Source: a virus (Duplodnaviria > Caudoviricetes). From it: DNA of 33,786 nucleotides. Positions within the stretch are counted from its first letter, which is position 1. Each line of letters starts with the position of its first letter. Position numbers and translations under genes: made by a program. Location: IMG/VR virus record IMGVR_UViG_3300037755_001324, positions 1 through 33,786 of that record. The stretch is one strand, 5' to 3'. Under the pieces are notes generated by a model. That model had not been told where the DNA came from and did not search any database. It saw only the letters and a list, made by a program, of their open reading frames with translations. Below, in pieces: positions 1 through 6,701 of the stretch.

Positions 1-214
1 GCATGATGTTGTCGGTCGGGATGACGAGCTGCTTCTGGTCGTGATAGAGCGAGCCGATCCAGCGGAAGGCGGGCGTGCGGTCGTCGCCGGCCTTGGACTT
101 GGTCTTGTTGTCCTTGTCGGTCTTCCATGCGTCCATGCGGTCCGCCCAGTCGATGTCGTCGTTGTGGAACAGGATCGGCGTCTGGCCCGTGATCGTGATG
201 CTGTAGGTACGCAT
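1..214 (-). CDS. Putative Cas7/RAMP-fold (Vipr-like) protein, N-terminal 71 aa; runs off the window edge
   Basis: Not in ORF track. ATG at 214 with AGAAGGAG RBS; manual translation MRTYSITITGQTPILFHNDDIDWADRMDAWKTDKDNKTKSKAGDDRTPAFRWIGSLYHDQKQLVIPTDNIM. The alternating strand ending G-x-TP-hh-H and the later LY..hIPxxNI motif resemble the RAMP strand 1 and the 'IPGSSLKG' region. Confidence 0.7.
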   Translation of the reverse strand, partial: MRTYSITITGQTPILFHNDDIDWADRMDAWKTDKDNKTKSKAGDDRTPAFRWIGSLYHDQKQLVIPTDNIM

Positions 215-255
215 AGCTGCTTCTCCTTCTGTTGAAGTTGGTCAGGTTTCAACGC

Positions 256-359
256 GGTCGTACGACCCCTTGCCTTGCCCTGCCACGCCCCGCCCCGCCC
301 CGGCCGGCCATACCCCGCCGAGCCGCGCCGTGCCGTGCCGCGCCGCGCCAAGCTAGGCT
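256..359 (-). ncRNA. Phased GGY-NN pentamer array plus 3' palindrome; candidate guide RNA
   Basis: Minus strand 349-270: GGCgc GGCgc GGCac GGCac GGCgc GGCtc GGCgg GGTat GGCcg GCCgg GGCgg GGCgg GGCgt GGCag GGCaa GGCaa (15 of 16 units GGY), preceded by AGCct AGCtt and followed by palindrome GGTCGTACGACC (256-267). RNA status is inferred. Confidence 0.65.
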
Positions 360-940
360 CATGATATTTTCCCCGTGCCGCCCGCCGCCCGGCGGTAGAT
401 CGCGAGGGCGGCGGGGAGGTCGGCGCAGCGCATCTGGTTGAGGATGCCGCCGATGACGGCGCGCAGGGTGTTGCGGCGGATGTTCAGGTCGTGCTCGATC
501 GCCTCGGTGTCGTCGCCGCGGGCGAGGCGGGCGAGGATGTCGCTCTGGCGCTCGGTCAGGCGGACGAGGCGCTCGCGATCGGCGAGCATCGCGGTATCGA
601 CGATCGCGGCACCTTCCTGTGCGCTGCCGAGGGGCGCCGGCGCGGCGTCCGCCGCGCCTACTTGTGCCACTGGCAAACAGGCCACACCGACAGGTGTGGC
701 CGGCGCGACCAGGATGCCGAGCGCGCGGTGGCGGCGGTACAGGATCTCGCCCTCGGCGACGACGGCGGGCCAGTGCGTGCCGAGCGCGCCCAGATCGAAG
801 CCGCGCTTCCACAGCGAGAACATCGGCGTCGGGCAGCGGCCGTCATGCTCGAGCTGCAGCGCGGCGTAAGCCCAGGCCGCGCGCTCGACGAAGCTGCGCG
901 GCTGGGGCTCGGTGAGGGCGGGGGCCGGGGTGGCGATCAT
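359..940 (-). CDS. Protein with C-terminal LuxR-type HTH
   Basis: LTERQSDILARLARGDDTEAIEHDLNIRRNTLR matches the LuxR/GerE HTH pattern; start placed at ATG 940 (ATGA overlap with upstream stop). Confidence 0.7.
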   Translation of the reverse strand: MIATPAPALTEPQPRSFVERAAWAYAALQLEHDGRCPTPMFSLWKRGFDLGALGTHWPAVVAEGEILYRRHRALGILVAPATPVGVACLPVAQVGAADAAPAPLGSAQEGAAIVDTAMLADRERLVRLTERQSDILARLARGDDTEAIEHDLNIRRNTLRAVIGGILNQMRCADLPAALAIYRRAAGGTGKIS

Positions 941-1116
941 CGGATCTGCCATTGGAACGCGCACTCGGCCGGTGTGCGTCCACTGTCGGCGCAGACGGCC
1001 ATGAAGTCTGCCCGGCGCTGCTTGGAAACCAACTTGGATTCGGCCGCGATGATGCTCGCCATGGCGATCGCGGCGCCGCAGCCGGCGATAACGATGGCGG
1101 CGATTACCCAGTTCAT
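937..1116 (-). CDS. Small membrane-anchored hypothetical protein (59 aa)
   Basis: Manual translation MNWVIAAIVIAGCGAAIAMASIIAAESKLVSK...; ATGA overlaps at both ends. Confidence 0.6.
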   Translation of the reverse strand: MNWVIAAIVIAGCGAAIAMASIIAAESKLVSKQRRADFMAVCADSGRTPAECAFQWQIR

Positions 1117-1283
1117 AACAACACCCTCTCGATGGCCTCGGCCAGGCGGGCGAGGGCGGCGCCGGTCAGGACGGCGCCGGTCAGCAGGAGCGCGGCGATC
1201 GCGGCCTGGGTCGCGACGCGCGCCCAGCGGCGCTCGAGCATCCCGCCGCGCCCTTCGGGCTTCGCAGGACTGGTGCGGTCCAT
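1113..1283 (-). CDS. Small membrane hypothetical protein (56 aa)
   Basis: Manual translation MDRTSPAKPEG...AAIAALLLTGAVLTGAALARLAEAIERVLL; stop overlaps the next ATG. Confidence 0.55.
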   Translation of the reverse strand: MDRTSPAKPEGRGGMLERRWARVATQAAIAALLLTGAVLTGAALARLAEAIERVLL

Positions 1284-1285
1284 CG

Positions 1286-1396
1286 TCACCACCCGGCCAG
1301 CAGCACGGCGGCGAGGCCGAGGCCGCAGACGCCGCCGGTCGCGACGAACCAGAACAGGAAGTGGGCGATCTCGTCGATGACGCTCGGCTCGCGCAT
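1286..1396 (-). CDS. Small membrane hypothetical protein (36 aa)
   Basis: MREPSVIDEIAHFLFWFVATGGVCGLGLAAVLLAGW, GGAG upstream, tightly packed in operon. Confidence 0.55.
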   Translation of the reverse strand: MREPSVIDEIAHFLFWFVATGGVCGLGLAAVLLAGW

Positions 1397-1401
1397 GGCG
1401 C

Positions 1402-1590
1402 TTACTCCATCAGGATGGCGGCGAGGCCGAGCGCGACACCCGCGGCGGCCAGGAACCAGAACGCGACCTCGAGCGCGGCGCCGGCGCGGCGCCGGGCGCG
1501 CGAGACGGGGAACTCGAGATCGGCGTCGGTGAGTGCGCGCCGTCGGTCGCGGGCAGGACGGATAGGACGGATAGGACGGATGTGTGCCAT
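1402..1590 (-). CDS. Small membrane hypothetical protein, first gene of the leftward operon
   Basis: GAGGA RBS, C-terminal hydrophobic helix, IRP x3 from a 9-bp tandem repeat. Confidence 0.6.
   Translation of the reverse strand: MAHIRPIRPIRPARDRRRALTDADLEFPVSRARRRAGAALEVAFWFLAAAGVALGLAAILME
1555..1581. repeat. AGGACGGAT x3 tandem repeat
   Basis: Direct reading; near-copy AGGACGGAA at 1686-1694. Confidence 0.85.
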
Positions 1591-1631
1591 GGCGATCCTC
1601 GGCCTGGCGGTTTAAAACGCTTGACAGGAGT

Positions 1632-1680
1632 ATCTTGCATAACGCAAGTTTCCGCGTCAAGGGAAAATTGCGTTTCGCAA
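1632..1680 (-). promoter_or_regulatory. Leftward early promoter (PL-like) with two repressor operators
   Basis: Minus-strand TTGACG-17-CAAGAT; palindromes CTTGCATAACGCAAG (1634-1648) and TTGCGTTTCGCAA (1668-1680); same layout as 3520-3571. Confidence 0.7.
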
Positions 1681-1715
1681 GTCATAGGACGGAATGCGCT
1701 CGCGGATTTGCCGCA

Positions 1716-1777
1716 CCCTCCTTCGCGCCTTGCGGCGCTTCGGAGGGCCTACCCTCCGAAGCTTTAGCGAAGGAGGG
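1716..1777 (-). repeat. Family B double-hairpin element (full copy, inverted)
   Basis: CCCTCCTTCGCGCC..GGAGGG CCTA CCCTCCGAAGC..GAAGGAGGG; reverse-complement homolog of 14343-14404. Confidence 0.85.
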
Positions 1778-1818
1778 CGGTTGTGCTAGGTTATCTGGAC
1801 TTCTAGCGACAGGAGGGT

Positions 1819-2055
1819 GTGATGCTGGGCGGTTTCATCATGACGGTGGGCGGGGCATGGGCCCTGCTCGGCGTGGTCAACGTCGCGATGGTGGCGGCCG
1901 GGCGGCCGAGCCAGGACGAGCTGGTGTTCGCCATCGTGTTCAACGGCGCGGCGTTCGTCCTGCTCGGGCTGGTCGTGCTGGCGGTCGGCCGGATGCTGAT
2001 GCTCAGGAGCGGGGCGGCCAAGCCCGACGCCCGGCCGGAAGACCTGGTCGGCTAG
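1819..2055 (+). CDS. Small two-TM membrane protein
   Basis: AGGAGGG RBS; two hydrophobic segments. Confidence 0.7.
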   Translation: MMLGGFIMTVGGAWALLGVVNVAMVAAGRPSQDELVFAIVFNGAAFVLLGLVVLAVGRMLMLRSGAAKPDARPEDLVG

Positions 2056-2081
2056 GGCCGGTCAGCGGGGAGGGAAGGGTT

Positions 2082-2198
2082 AACCACAAAGACACAAAGG
2101 CTCAAAGAAAAAGCTCGGCGCGCCGAGGCGCGCGAAAACCTATTCTTCGTGTCTTTGTGTCTTTGTGGTGATTCCTCTTCTCTGCGCCTCTGTGGTTG
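2082..2198. repeat. Family A inverted-repeat element (AAAG variant) plus an extra half arm
   Basis: AACCACAAAGACACAAAG...CTTCGTGTCTTTGTGTCTTTGTGGTG then CTCTGCGCCTCTGTGGTT; lies between convergent genes. Confidence 0.85.
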
Positions 2199-2201
2199 AT
2201 C

Positions 2202-2660
2202 TTAGGCGCACCAGGGCTGTCGCCGGCCGCCGTCGTAGGGGCGGGCGAGGCCTTCGGCCAGCAGGCGTGCGCCGAGGTTGCGGAACGCCGGCGCCTGGCC
2301 AGTGCGCACCACCTCGGCATTGTAGCGACCGGCGTATTTGTCGGGCTTGAGGCCGCGCAGCTCGAGGCGCGTGCCGGGCGGGCCGGCGAGCTCGGCCAGC
2401 CGGTCGCGGGCGCGCACCGCCATCTCGCGCTCGCGGGCGCAGCGGCCGCGCAGCTCGGGCGCGTCGATCGACAACAGCCGGATGCGCGCGCGGATCGTGA
2501 CGCCGGGCCAGGGATGGGCGTCGACGGTCAGGGTGTCGCCGTCATAGACCGAGACCAGGGTGGCCGGCGTGGGGAAGGGCGCCGAGGCCATATCCGCCGC
2601 GGACGCCGGGGCGGCGGCGAGCAGGGCAATCAGGGCGACGGTCGCGCGGGCCGGGCTCAT
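2202..2660 (-). CDS. Thermonuclease (SNase-like) with signal peptide
   Basis: VYDGDTL, RIRLLSIDAPEL, DKYAGR, LLAEGLA motifs. Confidence 0.9.
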   Translation of the reverse strand: MSPARATVALIALLAAAPASAADMASAPFPTPATLVSVYDGDTLTVDAHPWPGVTIRARIRLLSIDAPELRGRCAREREMAVRARDRLAELAGPPGTRLELRGLKPDKYAGRYNAEVVRTGQAPAFRNLGARLLAEGLARPYDGGRRQPWCA

Positions 2661-2761
2661 GGCGCGAGTATAGCACGGCCACCGGCGAAAGAGGGGCCGG
2701 CGCGCGCCGGCCCCAGCTGTCTATCTGTCTCGCGGGACACGGGGAAACGGTATGACGGCCG

Positions 2762-3379
2762 TCATGCCCCGTGCGGAGGGTGCGGCCGGGCGGTCTCCAG
2801 CCGCGCGGTCGCCCGCTCCAAGATGGCCAGCCCGACATCGAGCATGGTCTCGGGTGGTAATTCGAGCGCCGCGTGAACGATCAGGCGCGCAGTCTCGTTT
2901 TTCACGTCTATCCTCCCCTCTTTTGCAATCCCGACAGGGTGCTCCGACGTCGTTAACGAATCGTTAACGCCCCCTGTGGATAGCGGGGATAATCCGCGCC
3001 CGAGGCGGCGGCGGGCGGTCTGGGCGATGATGGCGCCGGCGCGGATCGCGGCCACCGGCTCGAGCGCGGCGGCGTTCTTCACGATCATGTGAGCGATCGA
3101 TTTCTGCGGCTTCTCGCCCGTGGCGGCCGGGCCGTCGCCCTTACCCGTTAGCAGCCAATCAAGCGACACATCCAAGAGATCGGCGTAGCGCTCGGCAGTG
3201 CCCTTAAACATCAATCCGCGCGAGCCGGCCTCGTGACCGTCGTAGGTACCTTTCGTGATGCCGTGAGCCTGCGCGAACTCGCGCGCCGTGGCGTAGCCGG
3301 CGGCCCGCCGCGCCCATTTGAGCCGCGTCGCCACGGCCTTCCGGCCGGCGCCCTCGGCCCCGGGATCCTCGTCATCCAC
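2762..3379 (-). CDS. CI-like XRE-family repressor (no S24 peptidase motif recognised)
   Basis: RLKWARRAAGYATAREFAQAHGITKGTYDGHEAG...YADLLDVSLDWLLTGKG; GTG at 3379 after GGGGAG; divergent from Cro-like gene. Confidence 0.85.
   Translation of the reverse strand: MDDEDPGAEGAGRKAVATRLKWARRAAGYATAREFAQAHGITKGTYDGHEAGSRGLMFKGTAERYADLLDVSLDWLLTGKGDGPAATGEKPQKSIAHMIVKNAAALEPVAAIRAGAIIAQTARRRLGRGLSPLSTGGVNDSLTTSEHPVGIAKEGRIDVKNETARLIVHAALELPPETMLDVGLAILERATARLETARPHPPHGA
2953..2992. promoter_or_regulatory. CtrA consensus site containing GANTC, next to two DnaA-box-like 9-mers
   Basis: TTAA-CGAATCG-TTAAC at 2953-2968; minus-strand CTATCCACA (2975-2983) and TTATCCCCG (2984-2992). Confidence 0.55.
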
Positions 3380-3407
3380 TCGCCACTCCCCTTTCGTCGC
3401 GCCGCAA

Positions 3408-3571
3408 CTTGCAAAGTGTAAGTCGTCATCCTGGCAATGCATAGCCGAACACATTGCATTTTGAAAGGGTCGCGGCCGGGCAATGAAACGTCGGGGCGAC
3501 AGCGTTTCGCGCGGCGAGACTTGCGGAGCGCAAGAAATCTCTTGACCTGGAAACTTGCGTAGCGCAAGAAT
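3408..3571 (+). promoter_or_regulatory. OR-like operator region and rightward promoter
   Basis: CTTGCGGAGCGCAAG (3520-3534), CTTGCGTAGCGCAAG (3554-3568), degenerate CTTGCAAAGTGTAAG (3408-3422); TTGACC at 3542-3547 with AAGAAT at 3566-3571. Confidence 0.75.
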
Positions 3572-3577
3572 GCCGGC

Positions 3578-3874
3578 ATGGATCGTCCCGACAGCATCGA
3601 CCTCGCCAAGCCGCCTGCGCCGGAGACGGCGCCTGCTGCGGCGCCTGTCTCTTTCGCCGATCTGATCACGCGCTGGCCGTCGCACCGGGCGATGGCCGAG
3701 GATCTCGATATCGCGGTCAACCGCATCGAGGTGTGGAAGCATCGCAATTCGATCCCGGCGGGGCACTGGCGCCTCCTGGTCAAGGCGGCCGAGCGCCGCG
3801 GCATCGCCGGCATCACCTTCGACCATCTGGCCGGGCTCGCCGAGCGGCGTGTGCCGCGGGGGGCGTCGGCATGA
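3578..3874 (+). CDS. Cro-like HTH regulator
   Basis: SFADLITRWPSHRAMAEDLDI..WKHRNSIPAGHW pattern typical of alphaproteobacterial phage Cro-like proteins; divergent from the repressor. Confidence 0.8.
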   Translation: MDRPDSIDLAKPPAPETAPAAAPVSFADLITRWPSHRAMAEDLDIAVNRIEVWKHRNSIPAGHWRLLVKAAERRGIAGITFDHLAGLAERRVPRGASA

Positions 3875-4524
3875 CCCTCCTTCGCCAAGGCTACGGAGGG
3901 CCTGCCCTCCGAAGCGCCGTCAGGCGCGAAGGAGGGGAGGGCCCGCTGGCGTTCCTCGCGGTGATGGAAGATCTGCGCTTGTCCGCCGTAGCCTTGGCGA
4001 AGGCGGACGCGGCGCGATCGGCGTTGGTACCCGGCCGACTCCTGGCCGGCTCGCGGCGGGCCGGAGCATACCAAGGCGACCTCGAGGCTGAGAACCAGCG
4101 CTGGCCGGAGGTGTCCATCGGACACTCATATTCGAGCGCGCAAGGCCGCCACCGCCGCACTTTCTCGATTTTCTTCCAGGCCGGCGACCTTCCGGCAGAA
4201 GCGCCGGCCCGGGACGCGGGCGCCGGTCTGGCCGTCAGGCCGGCGCCCGCGAACGATCACAACAGCGTTCGACCGCAGCACTGGATGCGTCGGAGTTATG
4301 TCGGGCTGGCCCCGGCACCGGCGGCTTACCTAGAAGGTCGCGGCATGGCGAAGGACTGCATAGGCCATGCTCACGAGACGGGCGTGACGAGGGGGCTGCG
4401 CCGCTCCTGCACCCGCCATGGCGCGAGCGATCGTTCCGTGAGCCGAGGCGAAGGCCAAGCCGAAGCTGCGGTCGTGGAGCCGGTGCAAGCCCGGCGCATT
4501 TTCGCGGGCCCGCCCGATGGCTGA
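3871..4524 (+). CDS. Hypothetical protein whose N-terminus derives from family B repeats
   Basis: ATGA overlap with the Cro-like stop; open until it overlaps the next gene; no recognised domain. Confidence 0.35.
   Translation: MTLLRQGYGGPALRSAVRREGGEGPLAFLAVMEDLRLSAVALAKADAARSALVPGRLLAGSRRAGAYQGDLEAENQRWPEVSIGHSYSSAQGRHRRTFSIFFQAGDLPAEAPARDAGAGLAVRPAPANDHNSVRPQHWMRRSYVGLAPAPAAYLEGRGMAKDCIGHAHETGVTRGLRRSCTRHGASDRSVSRGEGQAEAAVVEPVQARRIFAGPPDG
3875..4008 (+). repeat. Family B full copy (3875-3936) and inverted single hairpin (3981-4008)
   Basis: CCCTCCTTCGCCAAGGCTACGGAGGG CCTG CCCTCCGAAGCGCCGTCAGGCGCGAAGGAGGG; GTCCGCCGTAGCCTTGGCGAAGGCGGAC. Confidence 0.9.
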
Positions 4525-5149
4525 GCCCCTCCAGTTTCCGTCTCCCCCCGACGGAGAGCGCGGCCGCGACGCATCTCGCGGCACCCGGAGTCCATCCGGT
4601 CCTGGCGGTGCGGTGCCTCCCCCCGCGCACGCCGCCGGGGCCGGATGGCGCCGAGCCCGCGCCGCGCTCGCCGAGCGGCTGGCGCGCCGGCTGCTCGACG
4701 TGCGCGATCGCCGCAAGCCCGACTTCGTCATCGGCGCGGCGTCCGATCCCTACATGCTGCGCTGGCATCTGATCCCACAGAACCGGCTGCTCAACATCTA
4801 CCTGCACGAGTTCCATCGCTCGGACGACGATCGCGCGCTGCACGACCACCCGTGGCCCAACGTCTCGTTCCTGCTGCGCGGCGCGTATGTCGAGCACCGC
4901 ATCCGCGCCGGCGGCATCGAGGCGCGCCGGACCTTCACGGCGGGCGCCCTCAAGTTCCGCCTGCCCTGGGCCGCGCACCGCGTCGAGCTGCTCGAGGACG
5001 CCGGCGGGCCGCGCTGGTGCTGGTCGCTGTTCATCACCGGCCCGTGGTGCCGGAGCTGGGGCTTCCACTGCCCGAACGGCTGGCGCGACTGGCGCGACTT
5101 CACCAACATCGCCGACGGCGGCTCGACGACCGGACGGGGGTGCGCGTGA
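4517..5149 (+). CDS. Phage cupin-like protein
   Basis: YLHEFHRSDDDRALHDHPW..SFLLRGAYVE..HRVEL..WSLFITGP cupin His motifs. Confidence 0.75.
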   Translation: MAEPLQFPSPPDGERGRDASRGTRSPSGPGGAVPPPAHAAGAGWRRARAALAERLARRLLDVRDRRKPDFVIGAASDPYMLRWHLIPQNRLLNIYLHEFHRSDDDRALHDHPWPNVSFLLRGAYVEHRIRAGGIEARRTFTAGALKFRLPWAAHRVELLEDAGGPRWCWSLFITGPWCRSWGFHCPNGWRDWRDFTNIADGGSTTGRGCA

Positions 5150-5583
5150 TCCCACTTCGCCAAACGGCTACGCAGGACACGCCGAGGCGGATCCAGCGGC
5201 GGCGCGCGCGCGGCTGGCGCCTGCCGCCGAACACGGTCTATGTCGGGCGGCCGAGCCGGTGGGGCAATCCGTTCGTGGTTAAGCGCGGCGTGTCGGCCAA
5301 GCAGGTGAAATATCTCGCGGGTATGCTCTATGGCGGGCTGATCTGTCTGACCGACGCGCCGATCGACGAGCAGCGCGCGCATCTCAAGCACGCCATCAAG
5401 AATATTCGGACGCTGCGCGGCAAGAACCTGGCCTGCTGGTGCCGGCTGTGTCTGAAGCACAAGGACGGGTTGCCGCTCGGTGAGACGTGCGGGCGTTGCC
5501 TGCCGTGCCATGCCGACCTGCTGCTTGAAGTGGCGAACAAGGCGCGGCCGGTGCGGCGTCGCCGGATCGGGGTTGCGGCATGA
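5146..5583 (+). CDS. DUF4326 family protein
   Basis: VYVGRPSRWGNPF, LRGKNLACWC, CHADLL; GTGA overlap start. Confidence 0.85.
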   Translation: MIPLRQTATQDTPRRIQRRRARGWRLPPNTVYVGRPSRWGNPFVVKRGVSAKQVKYLAGMLYGGLICLTDAPIDEQRAHLKHAIKNIRTLRGKNLACWCRLCLKHKDGLPLGETCGRCLPCHADLLLEVANKARPVRRRRIGVAA

Positions 5584-6701
5584 CCGCGATCGAGTGGACG
5601 CATCGGCCGGGGACGATCGGGGTGACGTGGAATCCGATCCGGGCGATCAACCACGCGACCGGGAAGGTCGGGCATTTCTGCGTTCACGAATCGGCGGGGT
5701 GCGCGCACTGCTATGCCGAGACGTGGCAGAAGCGGCTGGGCAACCCGGTGCGCTACGCCGCGCAGGACCGCGACAAGGTCACGATCGTCGTCGACGAGCG
5801 CGTGCTCGCCGCGCCGCTCGCCTGGCGCAAGCCGCGCACCGCCTTCGTCTGCTCGATGACCGACCTGTTCGGCGACTTCCACGACGACGCGACGATCGAC
5901 CGCGTGTTCGCGGCGATGGCGCTGGCGCCGCGGCACATCTTCATCGTGCTGACCAAGCGCAGTGCGCGGATGCGGGCGTACATGACGAGCCGCCGCCGCA
6001 GCTTCGGCGTCATGATGGCGATGCCGAGCGTCGATGAAACGGCGGTCGGTCGCGCATGGGATGTGTGGCCGCTCCCGAACGTCTGGCTCGGCGTGTCGGT
6101 CGAGGACCAAGCCACGGCCGACCGGCGCATCCCCGATCTGCTGACGACGCCGGCCGCGCTGCGCTTCATCAGCGCCGAGCCGCTGCTGGGGCCTATCGAC
6201 CTGACCAATCTCGATCCAACCGGCACCGCTAGGCCGGCCGGCGCGCACGGCATCTCGACGCTGTGGCGGGAAGGTGCCGAGCTCGGATTGCGGCCCATGT
6301 TGGACTGGGTCATCGTCGGCGGTGAGTCGGGGGCGGAGGCGCGGCCGATGCATCCGGACTGGGCGCGCGGGTTGCGCGACCAGTGTCAGGCGGGCGGCGT
6401 GCCGTTCTTCTTCAAGCAATGGGGCAGCTGCCTCCCTGGATCCTGGGATGGCGAGGACGAGCGCGGTCGCCTCGCCTACGAGATCGACGAGGAACACGCC
6501 TCGGTCGATTACGACGATCTCGGCCGCGGCACCTGCGTCGCCGCGCACGGCCGCGAATTCGTCCGCTTTTCTCACAAGCACACGGGGCGCCTGCTCGACG
6601 GCGTCGAGTGGTGCCAGTTCCCCGATGTCCCCGCGGCTGGAGATGGCCGGGTCAAGCCCGGCCATGACGAATCCCTTGGAAGAGGAGCGGCACATGACTG
6701 A
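5580..6701 (+). CDS. Phage Gp37/Gp68 (DUF5131) protein
   Basis: IEWT..TWNP..GCAHCYA, SMTDLF, LTKR, NVWLGVSVE, SAEPLLG, WVIVGGESG, PFFFKQWG. Confidence 0.92.
   Translation: MTAIEWTHRPGTIGVTWNPIRAINHATGKVGHFCVHESAGCAHCYAETWQKRLGNPVRYAAQDRDKVTIVVDERVLAAPLAWRKPRTAFVCSMTDLFGDFHDDATIDRVFAAMALAPRHIFIVLTKRSARMRAYMTSRRRSFGVMMAMPSVDETAVGRAWDVWPLPNVWLGVSVEDQATADRRIPDLLTTPAALRFISAEPLLGPIDLTNLDPTGTARPAGAHGISTLWREGAELGLRPMLDWVIVGGESGAEARPMHPDWARGLRDQCQAGGVPFFFKQWGSCLPGSWDGEDERGRLAYEIDEEHASVDYDDLGRGTCVAAHGREFVRFSHKHTGRLLDGVEWCQFPDVPAAGDGRVKPGHDESLGRGAAHD
6643..6668. repeat. REP-like palindrome ATGGCCGGG-TCAAG-CCCGGCCAT-GAC, translated in the Gp37Gp68 C-terminus
   Basis: Perfect 9-bp stem; resembles a common alphaproteobacterial chromosomal palindrome (reads GRVKPGHD / MAGLDPAI). 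Confidence 0.65.

Noticed and set aside
41-235. Plus-strand 64-aa ORF
   Set aside because: Antisense shadow of the minus-strand gene starting at 214, which has a strong RBS and typical codon usage.
270-349. Classical CRISPR array or simple microsatellite
   Set aside because: No 23-50-nt repeats with unique spacers; units are not identical and variation is restricted to two fixed positions.
232-812. ORFs 232..441 (+) and 249..812 (-) spanning the pentamer array
   Set aside because: Low-complexity PRPAPP / ARHGAARRG translations are by-products of a 5-nt repeat in GC-rich DNA; they overlap a better gene and lack an RBS.
3380-3826. N-terminal extension of the repressor ORF to 3826
   Set aside because: It overlaps the Cro-like gene and the operators; GTG 3379 with an RBS directly precedes the HTH.
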